A stretch of DNA of 32,000 nucleotides from Candidatus Saganbacteria bacterium (GTDB taxonomy: Bacteria; Margulisbacteria; WOR-1; JAKLHX01). The position numbers were made by a program, and so were the translations under genes. This document shows, in pieces, positions 18,142 through 27,143 of this stretch. The stretch lies in assembly GCA_026387835.1 (NCBI GenBank), contig JAPLKZ010000007.1, positions 65,284 through 97,283 on the forward strand. The letters run 5' to 3'. The stretch's first letter is position 1, and each line of letters begins with the position of its first letter. The notes beneath the pieces are model-generated. The model was not told the DNA's origin and searched no databases. It was given only the letters and a program-made list of their open reading frames with translations.

Positions 18142-19251
18142 ATGATACCTGTATCAAGGCCGTCGATAGGCGAAGAAGAACTAAGGGCTGTTAAGGAGAT
18201 CTTTGACAGCGGCTGGCTTGGAATGGGTTCAAAAGTAAAAGAATTTGAGGATAAGGTCCTGGAGTATTTAGGTGCAAAGGGCAGAGGCATTGTGGCGGTG
18301 AATACAGGGACATCCGCTCTTCATCTTGCGGTTGACTCGCTCGGGATAACCAAAGGCGATGAAGTGATAGTGCCTTCTCTGACGTTTGTAGCCTCACTGC
18401 AGGCAATATCGGCGACAGGAGCTGTTCCCGTATTTTGTGATATTGAAGCCGGTACTCTGAACATCAATATTGACGATGCCGCCTCAAAGATCACCAAAAA
18501 TACAAAGGCGGTAATGGCTGTCCATTACAGGGGGGAAGCTTTTGATATGGACAGGCTATTGGAGATAACCAAAAAGAACGGCTTGTCCCTGATCGAAGAC
18601 GCGGCGCACGCGTTTGGTTCGTCTTACAAAGGGAAAAAGATAGGTTCTATAGGAGACATCACCTGTTTTAGTTTTGATCCTATTAAAAACATTACCTGCG
18701 GGGAAGGCGGGGCAGTATTGGCCTCTGATGCGAAACTGATCGAGCTTATGCAGCAAAAAAGGATATTGGGAATTGACAAAGATACCTGGAGCAGATACCG
18801 CAACGAAAGAAACTGGTTCTACGACGTGGTGACCCAAGGTTATAGGTACCACATGAGCAATATAAACGCGGCCATAGGAATGGAACAGCTAAAAAAAATA
18901 GACAAGTTTATTAAAAGAAAGAAAGAAATTGCCTCGCGGTATGACAAGGAATTGTCGGGCGTTAAAGGGCTCGAAATAATCAAGACCAATTACAAAGAAA
19001 CGGCGTTGTTTACATATATCATAAAGGTAAAGAAGAACCGCGACGAACTTATGGACCATTTAAAAAAAGACGGCATCGGTTCCGGGATACACTATATTCC
19101 GAGTCATCATTTTACTTACTACAAAAAATACCGATCGGACCTTCCGGCCACTGATGAAGTATATAAACAGATCTTGACCTTGCCTCTTTATTACGACATG
19201 AAAGACGAGGATGTCTCAGAAGTGATCAGCTCGGTAAGATCTTTTTTTTGA
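18142..19251 (+). CDS. DegT/DnrJ/EryC1/StrS family PLP-dependent sugar aminotransferase
   Basis: MIPVSRPSIGEEELRAV, NTGTSALHLAVDSLGI, EDAAHAFGSSYKGKKIGSIGDITCFSFDPIKNITCGEGGAV. Confidence 0.93.
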   Translation: MIPVSRPSIGEEELRAVKEIFDSGWLGMGSKVKEFEDKVLEYLGAKGRGIVAVNTGTSALHLAVDSLGITKGDEVIVPSLTFVASLQAISATGAVPVFCDIEAGTLNINIDDAASKITKNTKAVMAVHYRGEAFDMDRLLEITKKNGLSLIEDAAHAFGSSYKGKKIGSIGDITCFSFDPIKNITCGEGGAVLASDAKLIELMQQKRILGIDKDTWSRYRNERNWFYDVVTQGYRYHMSNINAAIGMEQLKKIDKFIKRKKEIASRYDKELSGVKGLEIIKTNYKETALFTYIIKVKKNRDELMDHLKKDGIGSGIHYIPSHHFTYYKKYRSDLPATDEVYKQILTLPLYYDMKDEDVSEVISSVRSFF

Positions 19252-19264
19252 AGGAGAACTGTTC

Positions 19265-20203
19265 ATGCCCCTGGTAAGCGTAAATATACCGGTCTTTAAC
19301 TGCGAGAGATATATTAAAGAAACAGTGGAAAGTGTTCTTTCTCAAACTTTTCAGGACTATGAGATTATCCTGATAGATGACGGGTCAAAGGACCGGACTT
19401 CTGAAATAATAAAAACCATGACAGATCCAAGGATTAAATATTTTTATCAGGAAAATCAGGGGATAGGCGCCGCAAGAAATTCGGCGATAGAGCGTTCAAG
19501 CGGAAAATACATAGCCTTTCTTGATCACGACGATCTGTGGCTGCCGGAAAAACTAGAAAAACAAATGCGGCTATTTCAAAAAACCCCAAAACCAGGGCTT
19601 GTTTATTGCGATACGACCTTCTTTAATGAAAAAGGAGACCTTTATTCCTTCTACTCCAAAAGCAAACCTAGCAGAGGGATGATATTCAGAGATCTTTTGC
19701 GAAAATATAATCTCTCGCTCGAGACGGTAGTGATAGACAGGAAAGTCCTAAAAGAAACAGGCTTGTTTGATCCGGAAATGATGATGGTGGAGGAATATGA
19801 TCTTTTTCTGAGGATTGCCAGCAAATATCCGGCAGATTATGTGGACGAACCTTTGGCTAAATACAGGATCCATGACAGGAACTACAGCTGGGGCAGAGAG
19901 AGCGATGCCATAAGAGAAGAAAAAAAGGTCCTTGAAAAACTGAACGAATTTATTCCAAACTTCAAAAGTGATTACTCAATTGAACTGACAGGCGTGAAGA
20001 TGAACTTTAAAAAGAGGGAGGGGCTTCTTGAGTGGAAGAGGGGAGAAAAAAACAGGGCAGGCCGGATCTTTACGGAAATATTTAAAGATACGGCAAATAT
20101 TAAAGTTCTTTTGTTGCTGATTTTTAGCAGATTTATGACTTATACGGCTTTTTCCGATTTGATAAGCAAGCTATTAGGCAAAAGGTTCCAATTATTTGAA
20201 TAA
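19265..20203 (+). CDS. Glycosyltransferase family 2
   Basis: VSVNIPVFNCERYIKETVESVLSQTFQDYEIILIDDGSKDRT; GIGAARNSAIERSSGKYIAFLDHDDLWLPEKLEKQ. Confidence 0.93.
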   Translation: MPLVSVNIPVFNCERYIKETVESVLSQTFQDYEIILIDDGSKDRTSEIIKTMTDPRIKYFYQENQGIGAARNSAIERSSGKYIAFLDHDDLWLPEKLEKQMRLFQKTPKPGLVYCDTTFFNEKGDLYSFYSKSKPSRGMIFRDLLRKYNLSLETVVIDRKVLKETGLFDPEMMMVEEYDLFLRIASKYPADYVDEPLAKYRIHDRNYSWGRESDAIREEKKVLEKLNEFIPNFKSDYSIELTGVKMNFKKREGLLEWKRGEKNRAGRIFTEIFKDTANIKVLLLLIFSRFMTYTAFSDLISKLLGKRFQLFE

Positions 20204-20215
20204 CAGGAGGATCCA

Positions 20216-21082
20216 ATGATCCTTGTCACGGGCGCGAACGGAATGGTCGGTTCTTACGTAAAAGAAGTCTTTTGTGATGAAGAGCTCATTTTAACAGATC
20301 TTCCGGAGCTGGATATCAGCAAAAGGGCGTCTCTTGAGGGAAAACTGAATAAATATAGGCCGGAATATGTGCTTCATCTTGCGGCAGAGACCAATGTTGA
20401 CAAATGTGAGACAGAGATTGAGCACGCTTATAAGATCAATGTTGAAGGCACAAAGAATGTGGCCGAAGCTTGCAAACGGCTTGGTTCGACGCTTATCTAC
20501 ATAAGCACCGGATACGTGTTTAACGGAAAAGGCAGGCAGCTCCATAGCGAAAATGACAGGGCCGACCCTCAAAATGTCTATGGCAGGACAAAGCTTGAGG
20601 GGGAAAAGATCGTACGGGAAATTCTCGAAAAATATTATATTTTCAGAGCTGATTGGATGATAGGCGGAGGTCCGCAGCGGGATAAGAAATATGTGGGTCA
20701 GATCATAAGAAAGTGTGAGCAAAATTCGGACATAGAAGCGATTGAGGATCAATATAGCACCCCAACATTTGCCGGGGATTTTTTAGCCGGAATAAAGCTT
20801 GTGACAAAAACACAACCTTGCGGTCTTTATCATCTTGCGAATAAGGGCATCTGCAGCCGGTATGAGATGGCCGTGGAAATTGCAAGACAATTGGGAACAA
20901 AAAATAAAGTAATTCCCGTACCGTCAAGCGTTTTTAAAGCACCCGCAAAAAGGGCGCAATCCACCGCTCTGCGGAACTTTAAGCTTGAGCAACTGGGGCT
21001 TGATATAATGCCTGGATGGAAAATATCACTTGAAAAATATTTGAATGAATGGAGGCATGAACAAAGCTTTTATGCCAAATAA
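20216..21082 (+). CDS. RmlD-like dTDP-4-dehydrorhamnose reductase family (SDR)
   Basis: ILVTGANGMVGSYVKEVF, LHLAAETNVDKCE, YISTGYVFNGKG, YGRTKLEGEK. Confidence 0.86.
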   Translation: MILVTGANGMVGSYVKEVFCDEELILTDLPELDISKRASLEGKLNKYRPEYVLHLAAETNVDKCETEIEHAYKINVEGTKNVAEACKRLGSTLIYISTGYVFNGKGRQLHSENDRADPQNVYGRTKLEGEKIVREILEKYYIFRADWMIGGGPQRDKKYVGQIIRKCEQNSDIEAIEDQYSTPTFAGDFLAGIKLVTKTQPCGLYHLANKGICSRYEMAVEIARQLGTKNKVIPVPSSVFKAPAKRAQSTALRNFKLEQLGLDIMPGWKISLEKYLNEWRHEQSFYAK

Positions 21083-21971
21083 TTGTGTTGCATTAATGTA
21101 TCACAGGATCAGGCCCCGACTTCCTGGAGGCAGGATATATCCTAATGACGTTATAACAGTTTATGTAGATGAGTTTGATAAGCAGGTAGCATTCCTCAAA
21201 AAGAATTTTAGTGTATTATCAAAAAATGAATTTGTGGAATGTGTTGAGAAAGGCCTCATTTTTCCAAAAAAATCAGTATTAATTACATTCGATGACGGGC
21301 AGACGGATATTTATGAGTTTGCATATCCGATCTTGAAGAAACACAATGTTCCTGCAATAGTATTTCTCCCGACAGATTTTATAGGCACAAACAAGGTGAT
21401 TTGGTGGGATGAATTAGAGTCATATTTAATGGGTTCTTCCATTTCCGGTAATGAAATAGCGCTTCAAATGGCTAAAATGCAAGAAGAGGAAAGAAGGAAA
21501 TGGCTAGATAAAATAAAACTGCAGTATAAAACAGGCGATTTAATATTAAATAGATCTGCATTGACGTGGCAAGAAATAAAGGAGATGACCGATCTTATAT
21601 CATTTCAACCGCACACAAAAAACCACGTACGACTTTCAAATGTTTTGCAAGAGGAAGCGAGAAATGAAATATTAGGATCAAAGCAAGCGATCGAAGAAAA
21701 TCTTGGAATTGTTGCTGATGTATTTGCTTATCCCTATGGCGGAATATCAGATTATAACGAAACTCATGAACTTATTCTTACGAATAATGGTTTTAAGCTG
21801 TCATTTTCAACCTCCGAATGGCATATAAATAAAAGAAGCAGAGTTTTTGCTTTGCCAAGAGTAGCCGTTAACTCCTCAGATAATCTTTTTTTGTTTAGAA
21901 TAAAACTGTCGTGGCTCCCGGTTTTGTTAAAAAGGGCCATAAGGAAGATATATAATAAGTGCAAAAAATAA
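21072..21971 (+). CDS. Polysaccharide deacetylase family protein
   Basis: VALMYHRI, SVLITFDDGQTDIYEFAYPILKKHNVPAIVFLPTDFIG, YPYGGISDY. Confidence 0.88.
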   Translation: MPNNCVALMYHRIRPRLPGGRIYPNDVITVYVDEFDKQVAFLKKNFSVLSKNEFVECVEKGLIFPKKSVLITFDDGQTDIYEFAYPILKKHNVPAIVFLPTDFIGTNKVIWWDELESYLMGSSISGNEIALQMAKMQEEERRKWLDKIKLQYKTGDLILNRSALTWQEIKEMTDLISFQPHTKNHVRLSNVLQEEARNEILGSKQAIEENLGIVADVFAYPYGGISDYNETHELILTNNGFKLSFSTSEWHINKRSRVFALPRVAVNSSDNLFLFRIKLSWLPVLLKRAIRKIYNKCKK

Positions 21972-23002
21972 CTATTGCTCCGGTGTTGGACTTTAGATCG
22001 TTTTTTGGGAAAAGATACGGCTATCCCGAGCCGTTGGACGGCAGTGATGTGTTTTTCTTCGGTTTTGCCAGAACGGCGCTTATGTACGGCCTGAAGGCGC
22101 TTGGCATACAAAAAGGCGGCACGGTATTAATCCCCTCGTATATATGCAATGTTGTACTGGCCCCTTTTAATTATACGGGGATCAATGTTGAATATTTTGA
22201 TGTTAAGCGCGATCTTTCGCCGGATATTGATGATATCAAAAGCAAGATCACAAAAAACGCAAAAGCTATTCTTGCGGTAAATTATTTTGGTTTTCCGTCA
22301 AAAATTGATGAGATAAAGCGGGTCTGTGCTGAAAATAGGCTTTTATATATTGAGGATAATGCCCATGGTTTTTTGAGCGGATATCAGGGGCATCCTTTGG
22401 GTAGCTTTGGCGATATTTCGATATTCAGCATAAGAAAAACGCTTCCGGTACCTAATGGCGCGGCCCTAAAGATCAATAATTCCCGGATATTTGCGAATAT
22501 AGATCCTTTGCTTAAAGCAGGCCGAGGCGACGCGGCGTTCTTATTAAGGCAGCTGAATCTGAATATAGAAGATGTTTTCGGGGTCAATTTGGTCAAGGCG
22601 CTGAAAAATCCGCCGGGCAAAAATGATATCTATGACCCAAAGGACGAAAGTATAGAGGAAGAAACTAATCTGGAAAAATATCTTGTGAGGCGATCAAAAC
22701 TCGCAGAGTTCATCGCCAAAAGAAGCGATTATGAAAACATAAAGAAGGTCCGCAGAAATGCTTTTTCATATTTGCTAAGAACTGTTAAAGATGCCGAGCC
22801 GGTATTTAAGGAACTGCCTGACGGAGTTGTTCCGTACGCCTTTCCGGTTTATGTCAAGGATGTCAAGGGCTTTATCAGAGATATGTGTCAAAAGGGTATT
22901 TACTGTTCTCCCTGGCCTACGCTTCCTTCAAGCTTAAAAGAATGCCCCGGGTTTTATAGGCAGGTAGTCCTCGTCCCGGTTTGGAGGGAATATGGAAACT
23001 AA
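21959..23002 (+). CDS. DegT/DnrJ/EryC1/StrS-like PLP-dependent protein, divergent
   Basis: GFARTALMYGLKALGIQKGGTVLIPSYICNVVLAPF, AVNYFGFPSKIDEIK, IEDNAHGFLSGYQGHPLGSFGDISIFSIRKTLPVPNG. Confidence 0.78.
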   Translation: MQKITIAPVLDFRSFFGKRYGYPEPLDGSDVFFFGFARTALMYGLKALGIQKGGTVLIPSYICNVVLAPFNYTGINVEYFDVKRDLSPDIDDIKSKITKNAKAILAVNYFGFPSKIDEIKRVCAENRLLYIEDNAHGFLSGYQGHPLGSFGDISIFSIRKTLPVPNGAALKINNSRIFANIDPLLKAGRGDAAFLLRQLNLNIEDVFGVNLVKALKNPPGKNDIYDPKDESIEEETNLEKYLVRRSKLAEFIAKRSDYENIKKVRRNAFSYLLRTVKDAEPVFKELPDGVVPYAFPVYVKDVKGFIRDMCQKGIYCSPWPTLPSSLKECPGFYRQVVLVPVWREYGN

Positions 23003-24134
23003 GATCATCCGTGATCTTAATGAATTCGAAGCGATAAAAGACAAGTGGAACGCGGCTCAGAAGAGCCCGTCAAACATCTTTTTCCTGAGGCACGAATGGC
23101 TTTTAAACTGGTGGAAGTGCTTTGGCGCAGGCAACGGATTGTTTGTCGTATTGATAATAGAAGGCGATAATATTGTCGCGGCCGCGCCGATGATGATACT
23201 CAGAAAAAAATACTTCGGCGTACTGGAGGTCAGAAAGCTTCAATTCATAGCCCATGAGGTCTCCGATTATCTGGATTTTATTATTGTAAAAGATCATGCG
23301 GATAATTTTGCCCTGTTGATAAAACAGATTGAATCGCTCTCATCATTATGGGACTGGGCCGAATTTCTTTATATACCCCAAACATCCGCGTATTTTGAAT
23401 GCTGGAGCAATATAACGTCAGAATTCTTCAGCAGCAGCTTTGAGGAAAAAGATGTCTCCATATTAGCGGATATCGGGCAGTTCGAAAATTTTGCGGGATA
23501 TCTTAAAAGCCTGCATAAAAAGGTAAGGTCCGATGTTGTGCGGCAGTTTAACAATATTAAAAAACTTGGGGAGCTTAAGTTGGAAGTGTGCAATGAACGC
23601 GGTAAAATAGACGGTTTGCTTAACGTTTTTTTTGATCTGCACAAGAAAAAATGGAAAAAAGAAAAGCACGTAAGCCAGTTCCATGATGAATCGCTTATGA
23701 ACAGGTACCGCTTGCTTTCAAGAGATCTGGACGGCAGCGGAATGCTGGAAATGTCATGCCTTTACTGCGCCGGTAATATCGTTGCCATGCATTACGGGTT
23801 CGTTTACGCTGATAGATATTATTGGTATACGCCGACTTATAACCCCCAGTACCGGCAATATTCCCCCGGAAAGCTTTTGCTCGCGAGCCTTATAGAAAAC
23901 GCGATAAAAAGAGGCATTAAAATATTCGATCTTTTGAGAGGAAATGAGCAGTATAAATATTTCTGGACCCGGAAACGGGAGCTGCTATTTGGGACTGTTT
24001 TTGTGAACAGGCGCCTGCCATCCGTAATTAAATATCTTTTCTCAAAAGGGATAAAAGACATGTTTTTGAGAACTGTTGCCGGGCAAAAGCTTAAGAGCAT
24101 TAAAGCAAAAATCAGGTTTTTAATAAAAAAATGA
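22992..24134 (+). CDS. FemAB/CelD-like GNAT-fold acyltransferase
   Basis: FFLRHEWLLNWWKCFG, HKKKWKKEKHVSQFHDESLMNRY, YWYTPTYNPQYRQYSPGKLLLASLIENAIKRGIKIFDLLRGNEQYKYFW. Confidence 0.82.
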   Translation: METKIIRDLNEFEAIKDKWNAAQKSPSNIFFLRHEWLLNWWKCFGAGNGLFVVLIIEGDNIVAAAPMMILRKKYFGVLEVRKLQFIAHEVSDYLDFIIVKDHADNFALLIKQIESLSSLWDWAEFLYIPQTSAYFECWSNITSEFFSSSFEEKDVSILADIGQFENFAGYLKSLHKKVRSDVVRQFNNIKKLGELKLEVCNERGKIDGLLNVFFDLHKKKWKKEKHVSQFHDESLMNRYRLLSRDLDGSGMLEMSCLYCAGNIVAMHYGFVYADRYYWYTPTYNPQYRQYSPGKLLLASLIENAIKRGIKIFDLLRGNEQYKYFWTRKRELLFGTVFVNRRLPSVIKYLFSKGIKDMFLRTVAGQKLKSIKAKIRFLIKK

Positions 24135-25270
24135 AGAAGATCGTATTTTACAGCGATTCCGCTGAATTCGGCGGAGCCGAAAAATATCTGGTCGATTTGA
24201 TCAATAAGCTCGACAGGGCCAAGTATCGATCAATATGCGTTCTTCCAAAAAACAAAAACAGCTTCAAATTCAGGGGCAAAATCAATAATACAAAAATATA
24301 TGAGCTTTCAAGACCGCGAATATGGCTTGGCCTGACAGGTATATTAATGAAGGAAAAACCTGATATTGTCCACCTCAATATGCATGTTCCTTTCTCATGC
24401 TTTTTTGCTATTCTCGCTTCGAAATTGACCAAAGTACATGGATTGCTGGCTACTGTTCATTCAGTAGTGCCGCCTGCATCGAGATCTTTATTGTTGAAGT
24501 TTATTAAGCATCGGCTTTCAAATTTATTGCTTACTAAAATAGATGCGTTTATCTGCGTTTCAAGGAACAGCAAAGAAATGTTTGCCGAAAATTACAAAAT
24601 CGATAATGACAAAATATCTGTTGTCTATAATGGCATAGACATGAGTGATGCGGAAGGGTCTGATGCAGCAGGGCTAAAAAAACAACTTGGGATAAACGGG
24701 CGCGACAGGATCGTCGGTGTTGTATCAAGAATTGTCAAAGATAAAGGTGTTGATGATTTTCTCCGGGCGTCAAAAAAGGTCCTCGCTTCATGTCCTGATA
24801 CAACTTTCCTGATCGCGGGGGACGGATATCTTGGGGATAAGATGAAGGACCTGTCGGTTTCTCTTGGTATCAGCAAAAAAGTCGTTTTTGCAGGTGAAGT
24901 CAAGGATGTCTTCAGCCATATCAACATTATGGATATTTGTGTTATGCCATCCCGTCACGAATCCATGCCATATGTTATTCTTGAATATATAGCGATGGGG
25001 AAGCCGGCCATTGCCTCAAAAGTGGGCGGAATTCCTGAAGTTTTGGATGATGGGGTAAATGGAATTTTGTTTGAGCCGAAAGACATTGATAAATTAGCTC
25101 AGAAAGCCGTTGAACTGCTCGATAATAAGGAAAAAGCGCTTGAAATATCGCGGAATGCTAAAATAAAATCCGATGAATATACCATCGAAAAAATGATCGA
25201 AAGGACTATCAATGTTTATGAATCTATAGAAAGCCCCATAATAATAAAGGAGAGTATTAATGAAGAATAA
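24131..25270 (+). CDS. Glycosyltransferase family 4
   Basis: SAEFGGAEKYLVDLINKL, DKISVVYNGIDMSDAEG, FLIAGDGYLGDKMKDL, MPSRHESMPYVILEYIAMGKPAIASKVGGIPEVLDDGVNGILFEPKD. Confidence 0.92.
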   Translation: MKKIVFYSDSAEFGGAEKYLVDLINKLDRAKYRSICVLPKNKNSFKFRGKINNTKIYELSRPRIWLGLTGILMKEKPDIVHLNMHVPFSCFFAILASKLTKVHGLLATVHSVVPPASRSLLLKFIKHRLSNLLLTKIDAFICVSRNSKEMFAENYKIDNDKISVVYNGIDMSDAEGSDAAGLKKQLGINGRDRIVGVVSRIVKDKGVDDFLRASKKVLASCPDTTFLIAGDGYLGDKMKDLSVSLGISKKVVFAGEVKDVFSHINIMDICVMPSRHESMPYVILEYIAMGKPAIASKVGGIPEVLDDGVNGILFEPKDIDKLAQKAVELLDNKEKALEISRNAKIKSDEYTIEKMIERTINVYESIESPIIIKESINEE

Positions 25271-25274
25271 AGAA

Positions 25275-25424
25275 ATGCCCGTTAAAAATTATAAAAAACG
25301 AAAACACGTTATATTTGCATATCTTCTTTTTGCTCCGACATTATTAAACATAAATATTGCAAGGTTCGTCATTGAAAGTGAAAATAATATTAGTAATCTT
25401 GTAAATAAAATCATTGAGGTGTAA
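25275..25424 (+). other. Short 49-aa ORF of unknown significance (possible remnant)
   Basis: ATG 25275 to TAA 25422-25424, translating MPVKNYKKRKHVIFAYLLFAPTLLNINIARFVIESENNISNLVNKIIEV; no family recognised. Confidence 0.2.
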
Positions 25425-25428
25425 GCAA

Positions 25429-26883
25429 ATGAAAGTGCTGTTTATTTATTCCTTGTGCAGTATAGCCTCAGCGAGCAAGCCCCTAAGATCACCAGAATGG
25501 ATCCAATTCGGGATCTCGTATATATCCGCAATTTTAAAACAAAACGGGCATTCTACAAAACTGATCATATTAAGCAGAATTTCCGGTGAAAAAAACAAAA
25601 ATATCATAGACAAATATATTAATGAGTTTAAGCCTGAATTGGTGTGCTTTACTTCTGTAAGCAGCGAATATTCATTTGTTGTTGAAATAGCAAGATATAT
25701 AAGATCAAACTATCCGGATTTATTTTTATTAATCGGGGGGGCGCATGTTTCACTGAACCCGGAAGGAGCGTTAAATGATTTTGATGCTTTATGTATTGGA
25801 GAAGGGGAATATCCTGTCTTAGAGTTGGTTTCAAGCATCGAAGAAAACAAACCCCCACAGTCAATACCAAATTTATGGATCAAACATGATGATAAAATAG
25901 AAAAAAATCCATCCAGGCCATTCATATCAGATCTTGATGTTTTGCCTTTTCCCGATAGAGATATGTGGCAGGAGTGGATAAAGGAAGATGCCTCTGCAAG
26001 ACACACCGTTTTATTGGGACGCGGTTGCCCGTTTAATTGCAGTTATTGCAGTAATCATGCTTTAAGAAAAATAGCATCAGGAACTTATGTCAGATATAGG
26101 TCTCCGGACAATATCATTAGCGAAATAAATGAACTGGTTGATAAATATCCACAAAAAACCGAGATCTATCTGGAAGTGGAAACAATCGGAGTCAATAAAA
26201 GCTGGACATTAGAATTATGTTCAAAGCTCAGGAGTTTTAACCAGGCACATAAAAACCAAATACATTTTGGGGCTAATTTAAGGATTGTACCCAATGTTAA
26301 TTATCGGGATATATTCCATGCTTTAAAAAATGCAAATTTTAGGTTTATTAATATTGGGCTTGAATCAGGAAGTGAAAAAATACGCCGAGAGATATTGAGA
26401 CGCAATTATTCAAATGCAGACATAATAAATGCGGTAAAATTAGCACGCGAATATGGACTACAGGTCTCTTTTTTTAACATGGTCGGGCTCCCCGGGGAAA
26501 CGGTTGATGATTTTCATGAAACAATCGAAATGAACAAAATATGCTTGCCAGATTGGATTAATTTTTCAATATTTTACCCATATCCCGGGACAGATTTATA
26601 TACTTTTTGTAAAGCTAAAGGTTATTTGGGCGATTCAATTGATACGAGAATGGAAAGGGGGCGAGCAATATTAAATCTTCCATACTTTAGTAAAAAGGAA
26701 GTGGAACATAATTACATTTGGTTCAATTACAATGTTTATAAAGGGCATAAACCATTAATACGGTTATTATCACAGGCATTAAAACTGCAAATTAGGGCTA
26801 ACCCATTCTTATTTGCGGTATATAGCTATTTTAAGTATATTGCTGCGAAAATGCTTAATGTTGCCATAAAAATGCTCATATGA
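25429..26883 (+). CDS. B12-binding-domain radical SAM protein
   Basis: LRSPEWIQFGISYISAILKQNGH, LFLLIGGAHVSLNPEG, GRGCPFNCSYCSNHAL (CxxxCxxC), FINIGLESGSEKIRREILRR, FNMVGLPGETVDDF. Confidence 0.9.
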   Translation: MKVLFIYSLCSIASASKPLRSPEWIQFGISYISAILKQNGHSTKLIILSRISGEKNKNIIDKYINEFKPELVCFTSVSSEYSFVVEIARYIRSNYPDLFLLIGGAHVSLNPEGALNDFDALCIGEGEYPVLELVSSIEENKPPQSIPNLWIKHDDKIEKNPSRPFISDLDVLPFPDRDMWQEWIKEDASARHTVLLGRGCPFNCSYCSNHALRKIASGTYVRYRSPDNIISEINELVDKYPQKTEIYLEVETIGVNKSWTLELCSKLRSFNQAHKNQIHFGANLRIVPNVNYRDIFHALKNANFRFINIGLESGSEKIRREILRRNYSNADIINAVKLAREYGLQVSFFNMVGLPGETVDDFHETIEMNKICLPDWINFSIFYPYPGTDLYTFCKAKGYLGDSIDTRMERGRAILNLPYFSKKEVEHNYIWFNYNVYKGHKPLIRLLSQALKLQIRANPFLFAVYSYFKYIAAKMLNVAIKMLI

Positions 26884-27143
26884 AAAGAAGAAAGTTCCTC
26901 ATTTTCCACACAATGAAAAAACCCGTGATATCAACTAATGTCGGGGGTATTCCGGAGATTATTGAAAATGGTTTTTCAGGATTGCTTATACCCCCAAATG
27001 ATCCTAAAGCGATTGAAAACGCCGTGCTGGATCTGCTGTTTGACAAAGAGAAAGCCCGAGATATAGGCAAAAACGCGCTGGAGGTGTCCAGAAAGATATC
27101 TGTTCAGGACATGGCGTCAAGTGCAGAATATATAAATGAATAA
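26880..27143 (+). pseudogene. C-terminal remnant of a family 4 glycosyltransferase
   Basis: 87-aa ORF containing only KKPVISTNVGGIPEIIENGFSGLLIPPNDPKAIENAVLDLL, the C-terminal segment found at the end of full-length GT4 enzymes. The N-terminal domain is absent; the preceding sequence encodes the radical SAM protein. Confidence 0.82.
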
